Source of the DNA: a phage
Sequence record: PZ583742.1
Strand: one strand, 5' to 3'
DNA: 64,000 nucleotides
Under the pieces are notes generated by a model. The model was not told the origin of the DNA. It saw nothing but the letters and a program-made list of their open reading frames with translations, and ran no database searches. Made by a program: the position numbers and the translations under genes. This document shows, piece by piece, positions 17,230-25,231 of the stretch. Position 1 is the stretch's first letter. Each line of letters begins with the position of its first letter.

Positions 17230-17667
17230 ATGATTAACAGAAATTTAGTTATCAAAAAACTTCGTTGTAAAAATCCAAATGCACAAGCATACAGGGCGTT
17301 TTGGAGCGACGACCATCAATACCTGGGTTATTTTCTTGTTGATAGTGATGATAGAATTACGTTTGCTCATAAACTTCTTAACAAAGAATTAAACCATTGG
17401 AAAGAACTTATTGCGGTCAAGTCCAAATTATTTTCTTGCAATACAATGCACCAATTGGTTTATTTTTTCGCTGATGGTATTCCTGACAAGGTTGAGTTTG
17501 ACGGGTTTGAATTTAAAGACATCAACCCTGATAATGAATTGAATGACAGTATTGTTAATATGGGTATCCCTGGCAAGTACATCAAAAACAGTCTTTTGAA
17601 AATTCTGGAAACCCCTGTTTATTCAGTTGACGACCAGATTTTTAATGCTTTCATGAAGCGAGATTAA
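17230..17667 (+). CDS. hypothetical protein (145 aa)
   Basis: ATG with GGTGA upstream; C-terminus SVDDQIFNAFMKRD shared with next ORF. Confidence 0.4.
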   Translation: MINRNLVIKKLRCKNPNAQAYRAFWSDDHQYLGYFLVDSDDRITFAHKLLNKELNHWKELIAVKSKLFSCNTMHQLVYFFADGIPDKVEFDGFEFKDINPDNELNDSIVNMGIPGKYIKNSLLKILETPVYSVDDQIFNAFMKRD

Positions 17668-17671
17668 TATG
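17626..17671 (+). repeat. 46-bp direct repeat, copy 1
   Basis: Matches 17978-18023 with 3 mismatches; spans a gene end, stop and next ATG. Confidence 0.8.
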
Positions 17672-18019
17672 AATGATTACAATTTTCTGAATTTTGAACT
17701 GGCGAGCAATAATGATGGTAATGCTCATTATGAATTCCGCGACCCTCGGTTTAATCAGGCGATTGGTTATATTATCGTTAAAGATGATATTATCATAAAG
17801 GCTCGCTCATTCCTGGTAATGAAAGGACCTTATGAAGATACTCGCGGTTATCCGTTTGATAAAAAGAATGTGCGTGATTGCGCCGCCTGGATAACGGGAA
17901 ATCCCAAAATTGGAGTCATGTTATCTGATGAAGCGAACGACATTTTGAATGGGGTAGGCAAAGCTCAAGAACAGTCTGTCGACGACCAGATTTTTAATGC
18001 CTTCATGAAGCGAGGTTAA
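17669..18019 (+). CDS. hypothetical protein (116 aa)
   Basis: Ends with SVDDQIFNAFMKRG, encoded by the second repeat copy. Confidence 0.4.
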   Translation: MNDYNFLNFELASNNDGNAHYEFRDPRFNQAIGYIIVKDDIIIKARSFLVMKGPYEDTRGYPFDKKNVRDCAAWITGNPKIGVMLSDEANDILNGVGKAQEQSVDDQIFNAFMKRG

Positions 18020-18023
18020 TATG
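17978..18023 (+). repeat. 46-bp direct repeat, copy 2
   Basis: See 17626-17671. Confidence 0.8.
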
Positions 18024-18242
18024 TTTGTTTTGACCCAATTCTCTAAAGCAATATATAGTTACTCTTGTCAATGGGAAGTCTTTATTGACACTCCGTCTCC
18101 CAAGTACGGAGTTTTTGGACGAGTAACTACTCAAGCTTACGTTGCTCGACCAACTAAACGCCAGATTCGTAAACTTAAAAAGGCACATCGTCAACTGATT
18201 AAAAGAAGGGAACAATATGAGTGCAATGTGTACGGGCTCTAA
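18021..18242 (+). CDS. hypothetical basic protein (73 aa)
   Basis: PTKRQIRKLKK motif paralogous to ORF 16638-16877. Confidence 0.4.
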   Translation: MFVLTQFSKAIYSYSCQWEVFIDTPSPKYGVFGRVTTQAYVARPTKRQIRKLKKAHRQLIKRREQYECNVYGL

Positions 18243-18408
18243 GATTTCTGTCTTCCAGATTTTTGAAGAATATGAAATCGTATCGCAAGACCAAGAAGCA
18301 ATCCATGTTATCGCTGATGATGGTGTTACCTGGATTATTCCGTTGTATCATGAAGACACTTATGAAGTGACTGATGCAAATGGTGATAAAGCTATCTTCG
18401 TTGTATAA
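18217..18408 (+). CDS. hypothetical acidic protein (63 aa)
   Basis: ATG with AAGGG upstream. Confidence 0.35.
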   Translation: MSAMCTGSKISVFQIFEEYEIVSQDQEAIHVIADDGVTWIIPLYHEDTYEVTDANGDKAIFVV

Positions 18409-18411
18409 ATA
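18404..18411 (+). promoter_or_regulatory. late promoter motif TATAAATA
   Basis: Exact TATAAATA, 17 nt upstream of ATG 18428. Confidence 0.4.
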
Positions 18412-18427
18412 GCGGAAAGGGGGTGTT

Positions 18428-18595
18428 ATGAAAACATTCAAAGATTTTATCAACGAAAATATGGTTGCCGGTGATGCGGGTGGAAACCCAACTAATATCG
18501 CAACAGGTACCACTTCCGGGGCAGTTGTCAATAAAGGCCCTGAACAAATCCCATCAAAAAAGCGTAAGAACAAAGACGATAAACCTACAGTATAA
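18428..18595 (+). CDS. small Gly/Thr-rich protein (55 aa) with basic tail
   Basis: ATG after AAAGGGGG; below the 60-aa ORF-track cutoff. Confidence 0.35.
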   Translation: MKTFKDFINENMVAGDAGGNPTNIATGTTSGAVVNKGPEQIPSKKRKNKDDKPTV

Positions 18596-18613
18596 TGGTC
18601 CTTCGGGGCCATT
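18594..18613 (+). other. UUCG-tetraloop hairpin before gene 61 SD (no T run)
   Basis: AATGGTCC-TTCG-GGGCCATT, 8-bp stem with one G-U pair. Confidence 0.45.
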
Positions 18614-18627
18614 GAAATGAGGAAACT

Positions 18628-19656
18628 ATGTCATATATTGATAAAGAATTTGCAGTCAGAGCTTTATCGTATCAACCACGTTATAGAGAAGTCACCGGGA
18701 GCACATTTAAAGCAAACTGTCGTTGCAAGGTTTGTGGGGACTCCCAGAAAGATTCACACAAGGCTCGATTCTGGGCGTATACTAATCCGACTGATGGCGC
18801 GGTTTACGTGAAATGTTTTAACTGTGACTACTCCACGCATATAAGCAAATACATAAAAGAGTTTGAGCCGGATTTACACCGGGAATATATGGTTGAGAAG
18901 TATAAGGAGAATGCATTTGGGCGACAACGCACTGAAGTTGCAGAAGCTCCGAAAGAACCAGAAAAAACTCCGGTTATTGAGCAGCTTGCTTTTTGTGAAA
19001 GACTCGATACTTTACCAGAAGCACATCCGATAATTAAGTATGTAAAAAGTCGGTGTATTCCGAGCAATGTTTGGAACCGGTTATGGTTTACAAACAAATG
19101 GCCTGCATTAGTTAACTCCGTTAATCCTGGGACGTATAAGAATGAAACGAATGAACCACGCTTGGTTATTCCTATCTTCAACGGCAAAAAAGAAATCGAA
19201 TCTTTCCAAGGACGAGCTCTTCGCAAAGATGCACCACAAAAATATATCACAATCAAAGCTCACCCAGAAGCTTCCAAAGTCTATGGCGTAGACAAGATTG
19301 ATGAGCGTAAACGCGTATGGGTAATGGAAGGTCCAATTGATAGTTTGTTTATCCCTAACAGCATTGCGATAACCGGTGGAACATTAGCATTGGAAGCTGT
19401 TCCTTACCCAGAAACCAGAGTATGGGTGATGGATTCAGAAGCAAGACATCCTGATACGATTAAACGTATGAAGAAATTAGTCGATGCAGGAGAAGCTGTT
19501 ATGTTCTGGGACAACGCACCGTGGCATACGAAAGATATAAATGAAATGATTAAATCGGAAGGAGCAACGCCTGAGCAAATTGAAGCCTATATGAATGATA
19601 ATATTGCACAAGGTTTAATGGCAAAACTTCGATTATCCAAATATGCAAAAATATGA
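18628..19656 (+). CDS. 61: DNA primase gp61
   Basis: Zinc ribbon CRCKVCGDS...CFNCDY; 342 aa; C-terminal LMAKLRLSKYAKI as in T4 gp61. Confidence 0.95.
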   Translation: MSYIDKEFAVRALSYQPRYREVTGSTFKANCRCKVCGDSQKDSHKARFWAYTNPTDGAVYVKCFNCDYSTHISKYIKEFEPDLHREYMVEKYKENAFGRQRTEVAEAPKEPEKTPVIEQLAFCERLDTLPEAHPIIKYVKSRCIPSNVWNRLWFTNKWPALVNSVNPGTYKNETNEPRLVIPIFNGKKEIESFQGRALRKDAPQKYITIKAHPEASKVYGVDKIDERKRVWVMEGPIDSLFIPNSIAITGGTLALEAVPYPETRVWVMDSEARHPDTIKRMKKLVDAGEAVMFWDNAPWHTKDINEMIKSEGATPEQIEAYMNDNIAQGLMAKLRLSKYAKI

Positions 19657-20420
19657 ATTATCTAAAATTATATAATAAATTAATAGACAAAGGCCTCGCA
19701 AGGGGCCTAAACAAAAAGAATATCCCATTTTATACGGAGTCCCATCATATACTACCAAGGTGTTTGGGTGGACCTGACACCGAAGATAATTTGGTATTGT
19801 TATCAGCAAGAGAACATTTTATTGCACATTTGTTACTTTTTAAAATTTATCGACTTTCTAAATTAATGTTTGCTATACACCGGATGTGCGGTGACAAATT
19901 TGATAGCGCAAAATATGAATGGATGCGAAAAGAACATAGTAAAGCCGTTAGTGAACATATGTCAAACTTATGGAGTCAATCCGAGTTTAAAGACAAAATG
20001 TTAATTGCTTTACACAAGCGACATAACGACCACCCTGTGTCTGATAAAACCAAAAGTAAAATAGCTAACTCATTAAAATTGTATTATCAAAATAATCCAG
20101 TTACTGATGAACAACGGCAAAAGAATCGCGATGCACAAATGAGAAGATTTAAAGAAAATCCGCAAACCGAAGAAACGAAAAAGTTGCGGCGAGAAGCATG
20201 CCGAAAGGCAACTGGAACACCGGTTTGTAGATGCGATGAATTTGGTAATATACTTGAAAAGTATAATTCGGGAGCTGAGGCAAAGGAATTATTACAATTG
20301 GCGGGCAATACTCAAAATATATACACAGCTTGTAAAAGAAATAAAAAGACAGGCCGAATGTATAGGTCAAACGGCCATTTTTGGAAGTATCAAGACGAGG
20401 AAGGGATTCCGGTAAAGTAA
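19653..20420 (+). CDS. HNH homing endonuclease with NUMOD-like DNA-binding repeats
   Basis: HNH core ESHHILPRCLGGPDTEDNLVLLSAREHFIAH; basic repeated C-terminal half; ATGA overlap with gene 61 stop. Confidence 0.7.
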   Translation: MNYLKLYNKLIDKGLARGLNKKNIPFYTESHHILPRCLGGPDTEDNLVLLSAREHFIAHLLLFKIYRLSKLMFAIHRMCGDKFDSAKYEWMRKEHSKAVSEHMSNLWSQSEFKDKMLIALHKRHNDHPVSDKTKSKIANSLKLYYQNNPVTDEQRQKNRDAQMRRFKENPQTEETKKLRREACRKATGTPVCRCDEFGNILEKYNSGAEAKELLQLAGNTQNIYTACKRNKKTGRMYRSNGHFWKYQDEEGIPVK

Positions 20421-20596
20421 CCGATGATGGAATGGATATGTTCCATTGTGACCTGGGGTAAGTGTACCCCTTGTGTTGCAGCGATAGGCACAACCAGTAA
20501 GTTCCACAGGAAAACATCAAGAGCTAAAAAGCCCATGATGAGCTTCTTGTCTTTCTTACTGGTTAATTTCCAAATCTGATAGAATAATGTTCCCAT
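20390..20596 (-). CDS. small single-pass membrane protein (68 aa), paralog A
   Basis: Minus-strand ORF; AGGTGG SD overlaps stop of upstream paralog; TM core FLWNLLVVPIAATQGV. Confidence 0.45.
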   Translation of the reverse strand: MGTLFYQIWKLTSKKDKKLIMGFLALDVFLWNLLVVPIAATQGVHLPQVTMEHIHSIIGYFTGIPSSS

Positions 20597-20604
20597 AGTT
20601 CCAC

Positions 20605-20802
20605 CTATATAAGGCCGATTAATGCCAGTGAAACATCTACAACTGATTCGAGCGCGACGACTGGTAATATAACACCATGTGCCATTGCAACTGGAGCAAC
20701 AATGAAGTTCCAGAGTAGAACTAAACAGAGTACCGAAAGGACCAGAATCGTTCGCTTACGACTGCCTTTGATGGCTTGAATTAGACTAGATAGTTTTAGC
20801 AT
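20605..20802 (-). CDS. small single-pass membrane protein (65 aa), paralog B
   Basis: Minus-strand ORF with GGGGGA SD; TM core LLWNFIVAPVAMAHGV paralogous to 20390-20596. Confidence 0.45.
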   Translation of the reverse strand: MLKLSSLIQAIKGSRKRTILVLSVLCLVLLWNFIVAPVAMAHGVILPVVALESVVDVSLALIGLI

Positions 20803-20824
20803 ACATCCCCCTTTCTTGTATTTA

Positions 20825-20848
20825 TGCTTTAAACCAATACGATATAAT
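20825..20848 (+). promoter_or_regulatory. MotA-box middle promoter candidate for gene 56
   Basis: TGCTTTA 20825-20831, TATAAT 20843-20848. Confidence 0.45.
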
Positions 20849-20886
20849 TAACATACAAACAACATGAATTGATAAGGAAAAATATA

Positions 20887-21405
20887 ATGGCTCATTTTAA
20901 TGAATGTTCTCAACTGATTGCTGGTGTTGATAAAGCTCAGGGCGCTTATGATAATGCAATTTTTGAAGGCACTGACCCACTGCAAGTTATGCTTGATATG
21001 CAGAAATCATTGCAGGTTCGTCTGGCTAAAGAAAAACCAGAATATAACGAACATCCTGATAACCTGGCGACTGCTGGTGAAGTTGTTACCTGGCTCCGCA
21101 ACCAGAAAGATTATATTGATGATGAATTCCGTGAACTGATTACTGCATTAGGTGGCATGTCCAATGGCGAGAAAGCTGCCTCGGCCGTATGGAAACCATG
21201 GAAAGCACAACATGGCGAAATGCAGCAAACCCTGATTAATGATTTATCTCCTGAAGACCAGCTCGAAATTAAATTTGAGATGATTGATATCCTGCACTTT
21301 GTCCTGAACATGTTCCACGGTCTTGGACTGACTGCAGAAGAAATCTTTAAATTGTATTATCTGAAAAATGCCGAAAACTTTGCTCGTCAAGACCGAGGTT
21401 ATTAA
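20887..21405 (+). CDS. 56: dCTP pyrophosphatase gp56 (all-alpha NTP-PPase)
   Basis: MAHFNEC...DPLQVMLDMQ...FKLYYLKNAENFARQDRGY close to T4 gp56; start at 20887 after AAGGA. Confidence 0.85.
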   Translation: MAHFNECSQLIAGVDKAQGAYDNAIFEGTDPLQVMLDMQKSLQVRLAKEKPEYNEHPDNLATAGEVVTWLRNQKDYIDDEFRELITALGGMSNGEKAASAVWKPWKAQHGEMQQTLINDLSPEDQLEIKFEMIDILHFVLNMFHGLGLTAEEIFKLYYLKNAENFARQDRGY

Positions 21406-21686
21406 TGGCTCGATTAAATAAACGTCAGCTTAAGAAAGCTCGCAAGAAATATATTAACGATATAATTGAAAATGTTAATACCGAAATCTTCGTAGAACTC
21501 TTATCTAATCAACTAAAACATTTATCTAAACATGAAATTGATACGAATACTGAAAATGCTAAAAATGTAATTGAAACTCATAATGCTTTTGCTAATGCAA
21601 CAGCAGAATGGATGGCGAATCCTACTGCTGAAAATCTAGCTAAAATGACTGAAGCCAATAAAGCAGTTCAAGCCATCAAATTGTAA
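21405..21686 (+). CDS. hypothetical protein (93 aa)
   Basis: ATGG overlap with gp56 stop; basic N-terminus. Confidence 0.4.
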   Translation: MARLNKRQLKKARKKYINDIIENVNTEIFVELLSNQLKHLSKHEIDTNTENAKNVIETHNAFANATAEWMANPTAENLAKMTEANKAVQAIKL

Positions 21687-21688
21687 GT

Positions 21689-21696
21689 TATAAATA
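21689..21696 (+). promoter_or_regulatory. late promoter TATAAATA for soc
   Basis: Exact TATAAATA 32 nt upstream of soc ATG. Confidence 0.55.
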
Positions 21697-21727
21697 CGCC
21701 TGTAATTAAACAACAAAGGAGTTAATT

Positions 21728-21961
21728 ATGGGTGGTTTCGTTAATATCAAAACCTTCACGCATCCAGCTGGTGAAGGTAAAGAAGTTAAAGGTGTTGAAG
21801 TATCTGTTCCGTTTGAAATCTATTCGAACGAGCACCGTATTGCTAATGCACACTATCAGACTTTTCCTTCCGAAAAGGCCGCTTATGTCACCGTAGCGTC
21901 TAGTGCAGCTGATTGGCGAACTAAGAACGCGGCGATGTTTACGCCTACCCCAGTAGTTTAA
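21728..21961 (+). CDS. soc: small outer capsid protein Soc
   Basis: 77 aa; VNIKTF...AHYQTFPSEKAAY matches T4 Soc; AGGAG SD. Confidence 0.85.
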   Translation: MGGFVNIKTFTHPAGEGKEVKGVEVSVPFEIYSNEHRIANAHYQTFPSEKAAYVTVASSAADWRTKNAAMFTPTPVV

Positions 21962-21966
21962 TTATA

Positions 21967-21989
21967 GGGAACCTTCGGGTTCCCTTTTT
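21967..21989 (+). terminator. intrinsic terminator (UUCG tetraloop)
   Basis: GGGAACC-TTCG-GGTTCCC then TTTTT. Confidence 0.6.
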
Positions 21990-22012
21990 GCTTTTAATAG
22001 AAGCGGTATAAT
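21989..22012 (+). promoter_or_regulatory. MotA-box middle promoter candidate
   Basis: TGCTTTT 21989-21995 and TATAAT 22007-22012. Confidence 0.4.
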
Positions 22013-22037
22013 TATTTCAATTACAGAGGAGAATACT

Positions 22038-22235
22038 ATGTTAAACCGTTGGATTAAACCGAACAAAGTTTTAGATGAAGTTATTGCTCATGATGTCCAT
22101 TTTAAGTATGGATTGGGTGTGTTTGATGAGGTTATCGTACATTCATTCATGATGCATGACGATGACTCTTTAGAATTCAATATTGAAATCCGTTGTGATG
22201 ATGGTAAAGTTGAATTTAAACGAGGTTTCCTATGA
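22038..22235 (+). CDS. hypothetical protein (65 aa)
   Basis: ATG with GAGGAG upstream. Confidence 0.4.
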   Translation: MLNRWIKPNKVLDEVIAHDVHFKYGLGVFDEVIVHSFMMHDDDSLEFNIEIRCDDGKVEFKRGFL

Positions 22236-22570
22236 TTAGTTGGCTCAAGAATTTATTCAAGACTAAACCGGGTGAAGGTGTGGTTCCTGTTAGCCTACCA
22301 GATGTTAAACTAAGAGAATATGTTTACATGGGTGATGGTATGATGGAAGAAGTTCGTCGACGACCAGAAAAAGCCGGTAATGTCGGACCAGGCGCATTAC
22401 CATTGAATTCGAAACAGTTAAAAGAGCATCTGGATTCAAGACGTTCTACAAGCCATGTCGATATGACTCCGATTGTAGTCGCTGCTGCCGTCAGTTCGTG
22501 GACTGGTGATTCGTCTTATTCCTCCTATGATTCAGGAAGCTGCGATTCGTCTTCCAGCTCGTGTGATTAA
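22232..22570 (+). CDS. hypothetical protein (112 aa) with Ser/Cys-rich tail
   Basis: N-terminus MISWLKNLF; C-terminal SSYSSYDSGSCDSSSSSCD. Confidence 0.4.
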   Translation: MISWLKNLFKTKPGEGVVPVSLPDVKLREYVYMGDGMMEEVRRRPEKAGNVGPGALPLNSKQLKEHLDSRRSTSHVDMTPIVVAAAVSSWTGDSSYSSYDSGSCDSSSSSCD

Positions 22571-22765
22571 ATGAGAATTACAAGTTGGCTTAAAGATTGG
22601 TTGGTTACCCCAGGGATTGATGATTCCTGGGTGGCCAGAGCCGAGGAAGAAATGCAGCGCGAAGCTGAAGAATGGGCTGCTACAGGGCTTAAAGCCATGC
22701 AGGAAAAGAAGACCGAACGAGCTGCGCTTAAACTGCTGCGTGATATCTACGGGGATAAATCATGA
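22571..22765 (+). CDS. hypothetical protein (64 aa)
   Basis: N-terminus [11 protein letters not shown] paralogous to preceding ORF. Confidence 0.4.
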   Translation: MRITSWLKDWLVTPGIDDSWVARAEEEMQREAEEWAATGLKAMQEKKTERAALKLLRDIYGDKS

Positions 22766-22911
22766 CACAAGAAGAAGCCGAACGCCAGGCAAAAGAAGCA
22801 CTGGATTTGCTTTTGAAAATTGGCAGTAAAATGATGGAAGAAAATGAAAAGTACATCAAGGAAAATAAAGTTCCTGATGGTCCATTAGTTGGTAAGAGGA
22901 AATCATTATGA
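22762..22911 (+). CDS. hypothetical small protein (49 aa)
   Basis: ATGA overlaps on both sides; below ORF-track cutoff. Confidence 0.3.
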   Translation: MTQEEAERQAKEALDLLLKIGSKMMEENEKYIKENKVPDGPLVGKRKSL

Positions 22912-23390
22912 AAGTATACGAATTAGAATTCTATGTCCGTGATTCGGCTGGGCAAACACGACCTTACTATGCAACAGCCTGTCTTATCTTTGCATATAAT
23001 GGCATGGATTCGGTTACTGAGTTGGAAACAAAATTAATGAACCTGACGATGCCAGAAAACGTTATGCTGAAGGTATTTCATAGAAAAAACGTTAATGTGG
23101 CTGAAGGGTGTCCATTTACTGTTTCCGAAGCTCTGCATATCAAAGGCTATCGCCACCCGGACCTTTATGGCGAAGATACCATTTTCTATAAAGATAGAGA
23201 TAAAATGGCCACTGAACGTCTTCAAGGTCGCACATATCTGATTTCCACTACCGACGACCTTGCTGAAGTTGAACGTCAGATTTGGAAGCACTTTGATATC
23301 GGCTTGCGCTTTACTTTAACAGAAGAAGCTATTCAAGATACTAAAATGCGTGCTCGTATGTATGGTTACGGTCCTATCGGTGGCTACTAA
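22908..23390 (+). CDS. hypothetical protein (160 aa), Mrh-like by position and size only
   Basis: Lies between soc and the ADP-ribosyltransferase pair as T4 mrh does. Confidence 0.35.
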   Translation: MKVYELEFYVRDSAGQTRPYYATACLIFAYNGMDSVTELETKLMNLTMPENVMLKVFHRKNVNVAEGCPFTVSEALHIKGYRHPDLYGEDTIFYKDRDKMATERLQGRTYLISTTDDLAEVERQIWKHFDIGLRFTLTEEAIQDTKMRARMYGYGPIGGY

Positions 23391-23569
23391 TGGATTTATT
23401 TGAACTTTTTGAAGAGCCTAAAGCTCCTACGGAAGCCCGTGTGGACCTAGTTGACGAACTTGATGCGATTATACAGAAGCATGGTTTTAGTCTCCCAATA
23501 GAAGTTCTGCGCGACCTGGCCTCATATTACGACGACCCACCTCCATGGGCACCATGGGTGAAACGATGA
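23390..23569 (+). CDS. hypothetical acidic protein (59 aa)
   Basis: Translationally coupled small ORF. Confidence 0.3.
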   Translation: MDLFELFEEPKAPTEARVDLVDELDAIIQKHGFSLPIEVLRDLASYYDDPPPWAPWVKR

Positions 23570-23799
23570 ACTGGTTAACAAATATTCCCACATCGGCGCT
23601 GGATATCGACCGTAAACAGGCTCATAAGGAAATTGAGCAACAAAAAATTAATCGCTTACAAAGGCTTAAGACTGAATCCGAGACAATTAAAGTCAAACGC
23701 CCGACAGAATCGAAAAGTTCTTACTCATCATATCAATCTCCGATTGGCATGGCCGTAGACATTGCAGTCTTTGGCGTCCCACTTGGAGTATTTAAGTAG
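23566..23799 (+). CDS. hypothetical protein (77 aa) with hydrophobic C-terminus
   Basis: ATGA overlap; C-terminal IGMAVDIAVFGVPLGVF. Confidence 0.35.
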   Translation: MNWLTNIPTSALDIDRKQAHKEIEQQKINRLQRLKTESETIKVKRPTESKSSYSSYQSPIGMAVDIAVFGVPLGVFK

Positions 23800-23855
23800 T
23801 TTACTTACTCCCCTCCTAATGACATAATGGCCTTTCTTACAACAGAGAGGCCATT

Positions 23856-24416
23856 ATGAACATCATCAAATCTGATACCGAACCCAACCAGTTAAAATTT
23901 AGTGAAATGGAGATAGCTTCATTATTTGAGTGTCGCACATCAAAGGTTGATAAGACCTTGCATTCAAACGTTAACTCAATCATCAAGTCAAGGTTATCTG
24001 TACCTGATACAGTCTTGTATCGTGGGGTTACCCAGCAAGAGATTGATTTGTTAGATGAAGCAAAAGAATCAATGCAACCTTTTGAATTTGGAAGGATAAC
24101 CTCCTTTACAGAAGACTATGGTATTGCCAGGGATTTTGCTGCAATGGAATATGTGTCAAGGACTATCATCAGATTGAATCATACAAAAGCTTTTTGTTAC
24201 CATGATGCGATGCGCAAAATCGCGCTTGACGTTCCACTGGAATTCTTCAATACTGCTTCTGGTTCCGAACAGGCAGCAACGTTAAGACGTGAAGAATACA
24301 TGGACATGATTGATTCTGAGCTTGAATGGTTTGTTCCAGTTGACCAGAAATTCGTGGTGGTTGATGCTGGATTTGTTGGTGATTATTATGTTCTTGACTG
24401 TGTACAAGAGCAATAA
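23856..24416 (+). CDS. ADP-ribosyltransferase (R-S-EXE type; ModB-like by position)
   Basis: LYRG Arg, SFT motif and ELE in SELEWFVPV; 186 aa. Confidence 0.55.
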   Translation: MNIIKSDTEPNQLKFSEMEIASLFECRTSKVDKTLHSNVNSIIKSRLSVPDTVLYRGVTQQEIDLLDEAKESMQPFEFGRITSFTEDYGIARDFAAMEYVSRTIIRLNHTKAFCYHDAMRKIALDVPLEFFNTASGSEQAATLRREEYMDMIDSELEWFVPVDQKFVVVDAGFVGDYYVLDCVQEQ

Positions 24417-24431
24417 GACACGTTAAGATGT

Positions 24432-24463
24432 TCCTATCAACTACTGATGAGGATAATAAAATG
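24432..24463 (+). repeat. conserved 5' leader cassette, copy 2 of 3
   Basis: See 15381-15413. Confidence 0.8.
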
Positions 24464-25075
24464 CTGTACACAAGTCACCAATTAGCAGAGTACATCAATG
24501 CAGTTAAATGTGAATATTTTCGTGAAAATACCCAGATTGAAATTGATGAAATTTACTCTGAGTTGGAACAGAGTACACTCTGGCAGTGTATGGAAAATAA
24601 GCCAGACACTATCCAGGAAACTTTGAACAAAATTATTCGTAAGAATTTGACTTCTGCTGTGCCTGGTAAGTTATATCGCGGGATTTCTAAGAAAACTTTG
24701 GCATATCTTGAAACCGTAGGATGTGTTGGTGCTACGATTGAGTTTGACCGTGTAATGAGTTTCTCCAAAGATTTCAGTGTTGCGCGTAACTTTGCTTCCT
24801 TTAGCTTCTATGGAACCAAAAATATTTTCTGTATTAATGATGCACCATTCGCATTTGATTATCAGGAAGCGATTTTTAAAATGATTTGTGCGGCACCTCC
24901 TGAAGAGTTCAACGGACTATATCCTGAAATAACTCGTTCTTCAAACTTGCAATTAGTAAATGATGAAGATGAGATGATGTTCCCTGCGGGAACTACGCTA
25001 CGCGTGGACTCTATTGAGAGCATTTATAGATGGGAAGACTATAAATTATGGAATCTTTCTGTTCTTTCTTACTGA
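24461..25075 (+). CDS. ADP-ribosyltransferase (R-S-EXE type; ModA-like by position)
   Basis: LYRG, SFS motif and EDE in DEDEMMFPAG; start at 24461 after the leader (ORF-track start 24428 lies inside the leader). Confidence 0.55.
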   Translation: MLYTSHQLAEYINAVKCEYFRENTQIEIDEIYSELEQSTLWQCMENKPDTIQETLNKIIRKNLTSAVPGKLYRGISKKTLAYLETVGCVGATIEFDRVMSFSKDFSVARNFASFSFYGTKNIFCINDAPFAFDYQEAIFKMICAAPPEEFNGLYPEITRSSNLQLVNDEDEMMFPAGTTLRVDSIESIYRWEDYKLWNLSVLSY

Positions 25076-25157
25076 AGTATTCTGGGTTAACAAAAGGCCA
25101 AAAACCTTAGAACCATTATACACAGTAAAAATAAAAGCGTTAAAGGTGAAAAAGTAG

Positions 25158-25185
25158 TGTACATAAAAGATGAATAGTGTATAAT
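25158..25185 (+). promoter_or_regulatory. early sigma70 promoter
   Basis: TGTACA, 16-nt spacer, TATAAT; TCATACTGAGTT leader. Confidence 0.55.
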
Positions 25186-25231
25186 GATTTCATACTGAGT
25201 TTTCAATCGTCCGTAAGATGAGAAAAATATC

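Noticed and set aside
18617-18811. Alternative-frame ORF 18617-18811 overlapping the gene 61 start
   Set aside because: Out of frame with the conserved primase N-terminus, which starts at 18628 behind GAGGA.
24428-24460. ORF-track start codons at 24428 and 28533 for two genes
   Set aside because: Both lie inside the conserved 29-nt leader that elsewhere (15381-15413) is clearly non-coding; true starts are the ATG ending the leader (24461, 28581).
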